DNA from: Piromyces finnis finn
Lineage: Eukaryota; Fungi; Neocallimastigomycota
NCBI GenBank assembly: GCA_002104945.1
Contig: MCFH01000066.1
Span: 205,529 to 269,528 of the forward strand
Reading direction: 5' to 3'
DNA length: 64,000 nt
Part shown: piece after piece, positions 1 through 11,776 of the stretch
How positions within the stretch are numbered: position 1 is the stretch's first letter
Layout: each line of letters starts with the position of its first letter
Translations under genes and position numbers: made by a program
The notes under the pieces: generated by a model
Seen by the model: only the letters and a program-made list of their open reading frames with translations
Database searches by the model: none
Told to the model about the DNA's origin: nothing

Positions 1-862
1 ATTTGTTAAATTTGAATATTTTTTTATATTTTATTTATATAAATTAACATAAAGAGAATAAAAGTATTAGAAATAAAAAAGAAAAAAAAAAAAGAAATTT
101 AATAAGTAGAAAACAATAGTAAAAAAAAAATTTAAAAAAATATAAAGTCTAATTATCATATGAATTTAATTATTTTTTCTATAATCTTTATTCTATTACC
201 ACTACCATTCATTATAGTATTATTATCTTTTTTTTAACAATTCCTATTATTACTATTACTATTATTATTATTATTAGTAGTAGTAGTAAGAGGAAGAGGA
301 ATAGTATTTATTATTGTTGCTGCTATTAATACTATCGTTAGTATGGATATAAATTAAGTGTTAATGAACAACCTTTTTTAACAATATTAATTGAAAAAAA
401 AATAGGATAAAAAAAATAAATGAATTAAAATACAAATATGGTTTATATGGTATATAAGGAATAAAATAGATTGGAATAATAAAAAATAATATATATATCT
501 TTTCAATTCATTAATTAAAATTGATATTATTTATTATTATGTTTATTTATTTCAATTACAATATATCATTTTTAAACCCCACCTACCCATTTATACAAAC
601 CCATGAAGAAAAAAAAAGTAAATATAAGAGTATCATTCAAATGGGAGAGAAAGGAGGAAAAAAAAAATTGATAGTTTTTTTTTAATTGATTTTTTTAATT
701 TGATTAAGGTATAAATTTTTGAATAAAAAAAAACGATGGATGGGAATGAGAATGGAAATAATAATGGTTATTCAAAAATAAAAAATCATCTCTTTAAATA
801 ACTATAGAAATATATTTATTTATTTATTTATTTATAATTATTAATACATTAACTATTTTATA

Positions 863-2835
863 TTTTTTTTTTTTTTTAAATTTAATTTTTTAACGGCATT
901 AAATATTTTAAACTTTATTATTAATTTAATTAAAATTATTTAATATAAAAAATTAAAAATAAAAAATAAAAAATATATGTTTAAATAAACACAAATAATT
1001 AAAAATTGGGTATAATGTATTCTAGTAATTTTAATTAAAATAAGAAAGCCACTATTATACTAAAGTATAATAATTGTATTTGACTTCCAGTGGGACACCG
1101 AGCCAAAGATCAAAATTTTGCCATGGAACAAAATTATGATCTCCATTGGTTGCGCTGGCCCTCCTGGCCTGTCTTACTGTTTCTTCAACATTGACGCTCT
1201 TGGATGTTGCTTCAAACCTTTTGAACATTGACCATTGCTGACCAATAGCAAAAGGCATGATTTTGGTTAGAAGTTCCGCGGTTACCGTCAAGAATGGTGT
1301 TCCTTCATTAGTACCAGATTGAATCTGACGTTTACAAAGTTCTTTCCATTCCCTTGAATTGTAATTAATATTGTTAAAACTTCTTCCCCCAAGAAGGAAT
1401 TTAAATATTTTACTGCACACACTAGAATAATCATACACATTAATATTCACCGGATTATTAGAACTATTACTATCATTAACTAAATTACTATCTAAATTAG
1501 AATTATTATCTTCACTATTGCTATCATTACTAATATTATTATTTCTATTACTACTGTTGTTATTATTACTATTTCTATTACTACTATTGTTATTATTACT
1601 ATTAATGTTATTGCTATCTCTACTGATATTAACATTTTCATTATTATTGATAGGACTATTGGAATTACGTTGACTGAAAAAATTTAATAGTTTGACTATG
1701 GAATAATAATGTTTAATACGGATATCTCTAAATGTTGGACAATCTAATAACCAATGTTTAATACTTTGAACACCACACTTGCAACATGGACAGTAGTTAG
1801 GACAAACTGGATCAACAAATTTAGCAGCTTTGGCAACTCTAGCATCCAACTTATATCCGCTTCTTGCTTTCAATAGCCAGTAGAAGCCATAGGCAAACTC
1901 TGTGTACTCATAACATAATTTAATAAAATCTTTAGTTTCAATAAATTTATTATCATCATAATATTGCGCTTTGATTGAATTCCCTTTGAGATCTTTCCAA
2001 TAAATGTTTTTACCTGCTTTAACATCTCCATACTTCTTTAATTTTTTATCAAGTGTCCTATTTGATTTGCACCACATGTATTTTCTAAATTTAGGAATGT
2101 AATTGACGATGTGTGAGATAATACAATTTGAGTTTTTCCATTTGTTAAAACATCTAACCTGAGCTAACGCACATTTGGCTGACGATGGAGGAATATTCAA
2201 ATCTTTTGAGATAGAGTATAAAGATATAAACGATACAGCTTTATGAACTCCGGCAACCCATCGTATTCCTTTGTTAACATGCTTCTGAGCAATCCTAGAC
2301 CTAGCTTTGTTGGATCCAAGTAATGGTGCAAAGTATGAAACTCTGCTGATTACTTGTGAGTTAAGTACTAGCTTTTTGAAAGGAATAGGAATATTAGGAT
2401 TTCTTAAGAATTTACTGACTGAAAAAAGTCCTTTCAAAACCTTGTTATTAAGAGCTTTAATTACTGGTTTAAGGGACAAATTCTTATCAAATGGAACACC
2501 AAGATAAGTTTAGCAATCAGTAGTTGGAATGGGTTGTCCTGCTAAGTAAAATGTTGGATCTTTCTTGCTCTGATTTTCTATTTATTCAGGACGAATCACC
2601 ATCGTTGAACATTTCTGGATACCAAATTCCATTTCATTAAACAAGGCCCATTCATTAACTCTTCTAAGCATCTTTTTTAAGCATCCTCTTGATGGAGCAC
2701 AAATAACTATATCATCTGCAAAAAATCCACCACAGCATCGAGTGTCACCTAAACTGACTCCGAAATCTTCACACTCTCTAAATATATCATTGATAAAGAG
2801 ATTAAAGAGAATAGGAGAAAGTGGGTAACCTTGAC
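863..2835 (-). mobile_element. Non-LTR retrotransposon (LINE) family A, copy 1; 5'-truncated inside the RT domain, defective
   Basis: Minus-strand RT motifs QGYPLSPILFNLFIND and FADD (2582-2857), then C*TYLG and a C-terminal CPCC..H..LDC zinc-finger region (1055-2479). Near-identical to + strand copies at 9518-11774 and ~20550-22690. It has the same 3' end (GCCGTTA plus A-rich tail, T-run at 863-877). Homology stops abruptly at ~2835. Confidence 0.93.
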
Positions 2836-3235
2836 GGGGCCTCTTTAGAAGCTTCATTTATTTTATAAATGAAAGCACTTTCATAAGAGGATTCAATATC
2901 CATTAAAATTAATATTTTAAATAACGAACGAACTTAAAAAAATATATGAAAATATTTATTAATAAAACATTTAATTTTAAATTTTATTATAATAGATTAA
3001 TAGATCATTTTCATTAAAAATTATTAAAATTACAATCTTGAATACACTAATACATTAATACACTAATATACTAATATATATATATATATATTAATAATAA
3101 ATCTAAAAATAAATTGGATTAAATAATTAATTATTAAAATAAAATTAAAGTAAATTATTTATCATTATCATTAAATTTAATTACTGTTAATATTATTATC
3201 ATTATTATTAATTATATTATTATTATTGCTTTTAT

Positions 3236-5771
3236 TTATTCCCAACAGCTACCAAATTTATTTTGGCATCCAAGATCAGATTTACAATAACTTCTAGTAG
3301 TTCCACAATAACCTTTGGCACTACAACATTCACCTTCTTTAAGACATGATCCCCATAATTCACCACATCTTCCTTCGGCACACTTTCCATACTTGTCTTG
3401 ACATCCAAGTTTAAGTGAGCAATAACCACTAGTAGTTCCACAATAACCTTTGGCACTGCAACATTGTCCTTCAGGACATTCACCAATACCTTCACCACAT
3501 CTGAATTCACAGCTATTCTTTTTAAGTGTATTGGCACATGTCCTTTAAGAATTAATATAATTTATTTTGCAATTATACAGTACATAATGAATTCAAATAA
3601 TTTTATATAATTATATATAATTTATATATTTATATAATTATATTTTTATATATTAAAATTGAAATTGAAATTGAAATTAAAATTGAAAAATAATTAGAAT
3701 TAGTTATGAAAACATATAATTTAATATAATTTAATTTAATATTATTATATAAAAGGAACTGGTATTTTTCATATCATCTTATATTATCTTACATTTCATT
3801 TCCATTTTGTAAACTCTTGTCCTTTATACTTTCACAGTTAATGCAATTATTGGATAAATCACTAATTACATTTTTTATTATATATTATTATATATAAATA
3901 TATTAAATATATTTTAAATATAATTTTATAGATTAGTTCACCATAAATTTTATGATATTATGATATTTAATACTTTTAAATATTATTAATATTAAATTTC
4001 ATTATTATAATTCATATTAATATTATTATTGTTTACAATGTAGTCAATTCATCTAAACTGCTAATAACAGGTATAGATCCATTTAAATCATTATTTGATA
4101 AATCTCTGTATTACATTATTTTATATTAATATAAAAATAGTATTATTATTAAAATGAGTAAAAATACATACTTGTTAGAATTATTGATAAAATTTTTTAT
4201 CTTACATAGTTTGTAATTTAGATAACCTTCCAATATCTGAAGGGATGGTTCCAGTTAATCCTTTATTGGCTAAATTTCTATTGAATTATTAATTTAATTT
4301 AATATTTATTTTGTAATTATTAAAAAACATTATTATAAAAATTATTATAAAATATTATTAAAAAATATTTAAAATTTTATTATTAAATTATTGTAATAAT
4401 ACTAATTAAAAAAATATCATATTAATATTTTTAAAATATTTTACATTGATGTAATATGAAATTCATTATCCACTACTGAACATTCAATGCCTTCTATTTC
4501 ACAACAATTAATATCCTTATCAGTACTTCCTTTTTTCCATAAACTTTCAATATAACGACACTCATCCAAAACTTTTTTACATTTATCCTTTTCTTGTTCT
4601 TCACATCCCCTATAAATTTGTAGAGTTAAAAGTTATTCATAATTAATAAAATCAATTATAATAAAAATAGAATTTTATAAATTTTTTTATTCTTCTTACC
4701 TAGTATTTGAATCACAGCTAAGACAATTATTATTCATTAATTTACTCCTAATTATATTTTAATATCAAAATATATAAAATATTAAATATTTTTATTTTTA
4801 AAATTAAAAAAAAAAATCAATACGGAAAATAAATCCGCAAATATTTTTATAAAAGTATTATTACATAATTTGAAGAAAAAATAAAAACTTTTTATTACAA
4901 AAGTTTATTTAATTTCTTAACAGATTCAGGAATATCTCCAATTAAATAATTATCACTTAAATATCTATTTTTATTTTTTATTTAATAATAAAATATTTGG
5001 ATGAATATAAAAAATCATTATTTTTATCTTTTAAATATTTTTAAATATTTTTTAATTATTTTTAATATTTACAGCTCTTCTAATTGAGATAAATTTCCAA
5101 TTTCTGAAGGAATGGATCCTGTTAATTTATTAAAACGTAAATTTCTATATTTTATTTTTATTTAATAAAATATTTTAAATAATGAAAATTTATATTTATT
5201 TTTTTTCATTAATTTTAATATTTACAATGATATTAAATTTTTTAAATTTCTAATTTCTGAAGGAATGTTTCCAGTTAATTGATTATCACTTAAAACTCTA
5301 TTTTTAAATTTTATTTAAAGAGTAAAATAAAAAAATATTTCGATTAATATAAAAACCATTATTTTTATTTTTAAATATTTTTATAATATTTTTTTAATAT
5401 TTACAAATATTTTAAATTTGTTAAATTTTCAATTTCAGAAGGAATGGTTCCAATTAATCCTTTATCATTTAAAATTCTATTTTTTATTTTTATTTTAAAA
5501 TAAAATTAATTTAAATATTATATTATATTATATTATATTATAATAAGAATTTTTACATTTTAGTTATTCGATTATCATCATCACAGTTAATACCATCAAT
5601 GTCACAACAATTAGTCGCATCAGAATTTATTTGTTTCCATAGACTTTCAATAGATTCACAATCAGTTTTTTGTGTTGTTTCCTCTTCACGTTTTGTCAGT
5701 CTGTCAATGGAATAGGAAAAGGAAGTGCTAGATACTGTCAAAATTAAACCTAAGAATTTAAATAGTCTCAT
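3236..5771 (-). CDS. Secreted LRR protein with two Cys-capped LRR blocks and two C-terminal chitin-binding type-1 (CBM18/hevein) domains; 11 exons, ~408 aa
   Basis: Exons (minus): 5771-5557, 5476-5405, 5297-5226, 5144-5073, 4964-4899, 4747-4700, 4609-4445, 4277-4206, 4105-4037, 3861-3793, 3542-3236. All introns are GT-AG and phase 2, and the frame is open to TAA at 3236-3238. Signal peptide MRLFKFLGLILTVSS. LRRs such as ILNDKGLIGTIPSEIENLTNLKYL. The last exon reads RCGEGIGECPEGQCCSAKGYCGTTSGYC..GCQDKYGKC twice, the CBM18 CCSxxGYCG pattern. Confidence 0.88.
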
Positions 5772-7799
5772 TTTTAAATAATAATTTACTCTTTCATAAA
5801 ATTTTAAAAATCAATATAAATTTAAAAAAAAAATTATTGAATTAAAATGAAAAAAAGGAGAAAAGAGAAAATTGAAAAAAAAGAAAAAAAAGGCTCTTTT
5901 TATATTTTTTTTTAAATAATAATTAAAATATTTTATTAAAAATTTTTAAATTTCTTGCCTCAGATGTTTTTTGCTTTTTTCTTATTAAATTTAAAAAATA
6001 AAACTGTTTTTCCTTACTTTTATTGTACATAAAAGTGTTACATTTACAAAGTTTTTTTTTTTTTTTTTAATTGTTAAATTATAATTTTTTTTTTATATTT
6101 ATTATATCTTTATTACATTTACATGCATTGATATCTTATTACATTTAATAATTTATAGTCTAATACTTTTTTTTTTTTTACCATATTATACAATTACATG
6201 AATTTTTACCTTGCTTCTCTTAACCAATCAATATTAAATTTAAAATTTATTCCATGGTTTTTTGTAACACATCATTGTACATTAATATAATAATGTATAC
6301 GGAAATATTATATTGGAATTTTATAAATTTTCTTTTTTAAAAAAAATAAAGAATTTATAATACAATATTGTCTAATTTCTGAAAAAGATTAAAATAATTA
6401 AGGTTTCTAAATTCAGTAATATTATTAATACTTATTTTATTATCTCAGCCAATCAATAATAAATCCTTGGATAATGCCATTTTATCCGAAACTTTTGTTG
6501 ATTAAATATTCATTTTAAAATTGAATTAAAAATTTTAATTGAATGTATTAATATATGTATTAATATATTTTAATATATGAGTCAATCAATTTATTTTTAA
6601 TTAAATCAATGTTTCACAAACCATCTTTAAATTGATCTAACCAAGAAAAAACAAACCAAAAATTTAAGGAATGACTCACACTTAAATTTCTACTAATTAA
6701 TAACTGAAAATAGTAGGTTAAAACGCTTAATTTTATTTGATTAAAAAATATATAAAATAATGAGTAATCCATTAAATTAACAATTTTAAATATAAATATT
6801 TGATATAAAATAAACCTAAAAACCTTAATTAATAATATAATTGAATATTACTATAAATGTTATATAAACATAAATTAATGTAATATTGGAATAGATTATA
6901 ATGTAGTTTTTTTAGTACATTTTATTTAGTACATTATTTGTATTTATCATATTTTTATAATCATATAATAAATTAAAGTATTTATAGTAATTATAGTATT
7001 TAATATAAACAGATAAACAAACAAACTTTATAGTTAGATTTTGGTATAAATTAGTAGAAAATATAGTAAATTAGTCTCTATCTAAGAATATAATAGTTAG
7101 GAGAAGATATTCTTACGATCATATAATATTAAGTATGTTTTTGAATAAATTATAAATAAAGTATATAAGTCAACCCACAAATCCTGAGTGTATTGAACCG
7201 AGTTGTATCACATTATTTTATAATATTCTTGATTTTATACTTAATAAATAATTTATCTCAAGAGGCAATAATTTTAAATTTTTTTTTTAAAAAAAAAAGC
7301 ATTTATATTTTATTAATATTCTATTTATTGGGCTAAATTAAACAATAATAAAAATTAAAAAAGAAAAACGTTTTAAAATAAAGAAAAAAATAAAATTATA
7401 TTGTAAAACGAATATAAAAAAACAAAAATTTTTATTATTTTTTGAAAAAGAATTAAAGAATTAAACGCTATATTTAATGTTTTAACATAAAATTTTATAT
7501 TAAATGTTAATTTTATATTTCTCAAACATTTTAATTTTAATTAGAAAATTATAATACTCTTTTTATATTTGAAGTCATGAATTTATATTAAAAATATTTT
7601 ATTTTTTTATTATAACTTTTTTTAATTATTTAAAAAATAGATTTTAAAATATATAAGAATAATAAAAAATGTAAATCATCTTCCAATTAATAAAACTTGT
7701 TCATATTTAATTTTTATTATTATTTAGTTTTATTCAAACTTTAGGATTGTCCTTTTTTTTTTTTTTTTTTTGTAATTTCAGTTTTTTTTTCTTGAAAAT

Positions 7800-8110
7800 A
7801 AATAGGAAAATCCATTTTCTTTTTCAATTAAATATTTATTCATATCTTTATTTTCTTTTCTACAAGTATAACGTAAGGGTGTCCCTGCATAATTACCTTA
7901 TAGATTAACATCTTCATTTTTAGCTCCAATTAAATGTTTAATAAAAAATAACATTTTTCTTTTTGAGCTTTACTGGTAAAATGTAATGGTATTCTTCTAT
8001 CCTAATCTTTAATACTTGTATCGGCTCCTTTTCTAATCAAATATTTTAATTATTTTTTCATTTCCATGATAATATGCATAATGTATTGGTGTTTTTTCCA
8101 TTATGGTTTT
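7800..8110 (-). pseudogene. Degenerate ankyrin-repeat remnant
   Basis: Minus-strand translation gives GKTPIHYAYYHGNEKII..LIRKGADTSIKD*DRRIPLHF and GTPLRYTCRKENKDMNKYLIEK, with stops and frameshifts. Confidence 0.6.
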
Positions 8111-8129
8111 GACTATTTATATATGAATT

Positions 8130-8500
8130 TATTTTCTTTAATAGAAAGGGGACCATTGATATTCTACGTTCTTTGATTGATAGTATTGAAGTGGAAGACT
8201 CTTTCCCAATAACTATGATTTAAGCTATTATATGTAACATTAGATGCAAGATTTTCATAATATTATTACTGAGGAGTAAATGAATCCTCAACATTCCTGT
8301 CCTTAATAGTTGAAACATGAGAGCACGAATAACTTGGTTTGGCAAAAAAATTTTTAAGATTTTTCCAATCTTTTCTTATTACTTTTTGTTGATAAAATGT
8401 TTTACCAATTGAACCAATATTACCTTTAGAAAGATCGGGTCTGAGTTTACTACTAACTTTTTTGATAGTACTAAATAAACTTTGATATTTAGAATACTAG
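8130..8500 (-). mobile_element. Diverged internal fragment of LINE family B (pre-RT linker)
   Basis: The reverse complement aligns by eye to ~14460-14830 (e.g. GCCAAACCAAGTTATTCGT, ATGTTTCAACTATTAAGGAC, TATGAAAATCTTGCATCT, ATGGTCCC). Confidence 0.8.
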
Positions 8501-8506
8501 TTAGGG

Positions 8507-9165
8507 TTTTTTTTTAGACTAGTAAGATAATACACCACTTTTATTTATTTCTTTAATTTGTGCTATTACATAATATTAGGTCATAATATTAGGTGATAAT
8601 ACATATTGATATAATAAATAATAAATAAAAATAAAAAAATATATATATATATAAATATATAAAATAAAATAAAATAATTATTAAAGTTGTAATTTGTACT
8701 GTGTGGGATCGGTCCCTACCTAATACATTAAATGAAATAAAAAAGAAAAGTAACATTAGGTAGGATAGTGTGGTGTCCACTAAACTCTCCCATGAGTTCA
8801 TAATGTTTTCATTCGAATTTGAAAAAATACTAACACTGAACCCTGTGTACGGAACATTGAGAATGTTCCTTTGCTATATCGATACGACATCGGTGCTCTT
8901 GATTACGTTAGGTATCTTACTAAATCTATCAAAAAGTAGCTTCAAAAAATTACTAGAGAATAAGTAACAAACTTGAATAACATAGGACTATGTAAGCTAA
9001 GATAATAAAAATAGAATCAAAGATATTCATTGACAATATTTAATACTAAAGAATCAAAAAATTAATATAATGTTATTAAGTGGTAAAAGCAACTAATATT
9101 TAATATGGGTTGAGGGTATAAAGAAAGTATGGTATAACAACTAACACTCAGATTATGAATTCAAA
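8507..9165 (-). mobile_element. Internally deleted LINE family B derivative (5' terminal module joined to the 3' end and poly(A))
   Basis: 8507-9000 matches the B 3' end (MNSWESLVDTTLSYLM, 3' UTR, CTAGTCT-A9). The reverse complement of ~9085-9160 (GAGTGTTAGTTGTTATA...CCCTCAAC...TAGTTGCTTT) matches the first ~100 nt of full-length B at 11797-11866. Confidence 0.72.
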
Positions 9166-9517
9166 AGCAAGGCTTAATGTATTTTCTTACCTTAGAAAAT
9201 ACGAATACCTTTCGCTGCAATGCATGATGTCTTGGAAAAAGGAATTTTATTACATAAATTTATAAATTTTAATCACATAAATATTATTATTTTAATAAAG
9301 TTATATATTATATAAATACTTTATATTTTTTTACACTATATTAATAAACCATTTGAAAATTCAATAAATCAATTACTATGTATACTAAATTTACTAAATA
9401 TATATCTATATATAATTGTATCTATTTCTAAAATTTTCTTTAAATTTGATTATATAAATAAAATAAAGATTAAAAAAATAATTATGAAATGACAAGTACT
9501 TATTAATTATAAAAAAA

Positions 9518-11731
9518 TTTGGTTTTCGAAAAAAGGAAGAAAGTATCAGTCTTTTCATTTCAATCCAAGAAATATGTAGTAGACGTCAATTAGAAAATAA
9601 AGAGACATATTTGGCCTTTTTAGATCTCAGGAAAACATACGATTCAGTCCCAATCGGTAATATTCTCCATAAATTAGATTGTTTAGGAATCCGAGGTAAG
9701 AGTTTACAATTTATCAAAAATTTACATTTAACATCTAAGACTAATGTCAAATTAGATGGACAATTCTCGAAATCTTTTGATGTGAAGAAAGGAGTAGGTC
9801 AAGGTTACCCACTTTCTCCTATTCTCTTTAATCTCTTTATTAATGATATATTTAAAAAGTGCGAAAATCACGGAGTCAGTTTAGGTGACACTCGATTCTG
9901 TGGTGTACTTTTTGCAGATGATATAGTTATTTGTGCTCCATCAAAAGGATGCTTAAAAAAGATGCTTAGAAGAGTTAATGAATGGGCCTTGTTTAATGAA
10001 ATGGAATTTGGTATCCAGAAATGTTCAACGATGGTGATTCGTCCTGAATAAATAGAAAATCAGAGCAAGAAAGATCCAACATTTTACTTAGCAGGGAAAC
10101 CCATTCCAACTACTGATTGCTAAACTTATCTTGGTGTTCCATTTGATAAGAATTTGTCACTTAACCAGTAATTAAAACACTTAATAACAAGGTTTTGAAA
10201 GGACTCTTTTCAGTCTGCAAGTTCTTAAGAAATCCTAATATTCCTATTCCTTTCAAAAACCTAGTACGGAACTCACAAGTGATTAACAGAGTTTCATACT
10301 TTGCACCATTACTTGGATCCAACAAAGCTAGGTCTAGGATTGCTCAGAAGCATGTTAACAAAGGAATACGATGGGTTGCCGGAGTTCTTAAAGTTGTATC
10401 GTTTATATCTCTATTCTTTATCTCAAAGATTTGAATATTCCTCCATCGTCAGCCAAATGTGCGTTAGCTCAGGTTAAATGTTTTAACAAGTGGAAAAACT
10501 CGAATTGTATTATCTCATACCTTGTCAATTACATTCCTAAATTTAGGAAATACACGTGGTGCAAATCAAGTAGGACACTTGATAAAAAACTAAAGAAGCA
10601 TGGAGGTGTTAAAGCAGGTAAAAACTTTTATTGGAAAGATCTCAAAGGGAATTCAATCAAAGCGCAATATTATGATGATAATAAATTTATTGAAACTAAA
10701 GATTTTATTAAATTATGTTATGAGTACACAGAGTTTGCCTATGGCTTCTACTGGCTATTGAAAGCAAGAAGCGGATATAAGTTGGATGCTAGAGTTGCCA
10801 AAGCTGCTAAATTTGTTGATCCAGTTTGTCCTAACTACTGTCCATGTTGCAAGTGTGGTGTTCAAAGTATTAAACATTGGTTATTAGATTGTCCAACATT
10901 TAGAGATATCCGTATTAAACATTATTATTCCATAGTCAAACTATTAAATTTTTTCAGTCAACGTAATTCCAACATCCCTATCAATAATAATGAAAATGTT
11001 AATATTAGTAGAGATAGCAATAACATTAATAGTAATAATAACAATAGTAATAATAACAATAGTAGTAATATAAATAATAATATTAGTAATGAGAGCAATA
11101 GTGAAGATAATAATTCTAATTTAGATAGTAATTTAGTTAATAATAGTAATAGTTCTAATAGTCCGGTGAATATTAATGTGTATGATTATTCTAGTGTGTG
11201 CAGTAAAATATTTAAATTCCTTCTTGGGGTAAGAAGTTTTAACAATATCAATTACAATTCAAGGGAATGGAAAGATCTTTGCAAGTGTCAGATTCAATCT
11301 TGCACTAACGAAAGAACACCATTCTTGACGGTAACCGCGGAACTTCTAATCAAAATCATTCTTTTCGCTATTGGCTAGCAATGGTCAATGTTCAAAAGGT
11401 TTGAAGCAACATCCAAGAGTGTCAATGTCGAAGAAACAGTAAGACAGGCCAGGAAGGCCAGCGCAACCAATGGAGATCATAATTTTGTTCCATGGCAAAA
11501 TTTTGATCTTTGGCTCGGTGTCCCATTGGAAGTCAAATACAATTATTATACTTTAGTATGATAGTGGCTTTCTTACTTTAATTAAAATTACTAGAATACA
11601 TTATACCCAATTTTTATTCATTTGTGTTTATTTAAACATATTTTTTTTATTTTTATTTTTATTTTTAATTTTTTATTACATGTATTATAATTTTAATTAA
11701 ATTAATAATAAAGTTTAAAATATTTGATGCC

Positions 11732-11774
<43 letters not shown>
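9518..11774 (+). mobile_element. LINE family A, copy 2; 5'-truncated, defective, 40-nt poly(A)
   Basis: Starts at FGFRKKEE, which matches 20554. RT motifs AFLDLRKTYDSV, QGYPLSPILFNLF and FADD; zinc-finger C-terminus; several stops and frameshifts. Ends GCCGTT followed by A40 (11735-11774). Confidence 0.93.

Positions 11775-11776
<2 letters not shown>

Noticed and set aside
3232-3537. ORF-track protein MPIHLKRIAVNSDVV... (Val-rich)
   Set aside because: Wrong frame. The adjacent frame encodes two canonical Cys-rich CBM18 domains and joins the upstream exons in phase.
3236-3542. Fungal cellulosome dockerin (CBM10-like) interpretation of the Cys-rich tandem domain
   Set aside because: The pattern C..G..C...QCCS..GYCG.T..YC...GCQ..YG.C is chitin-binding type-1 (CBM18), not the dockerin pattern.
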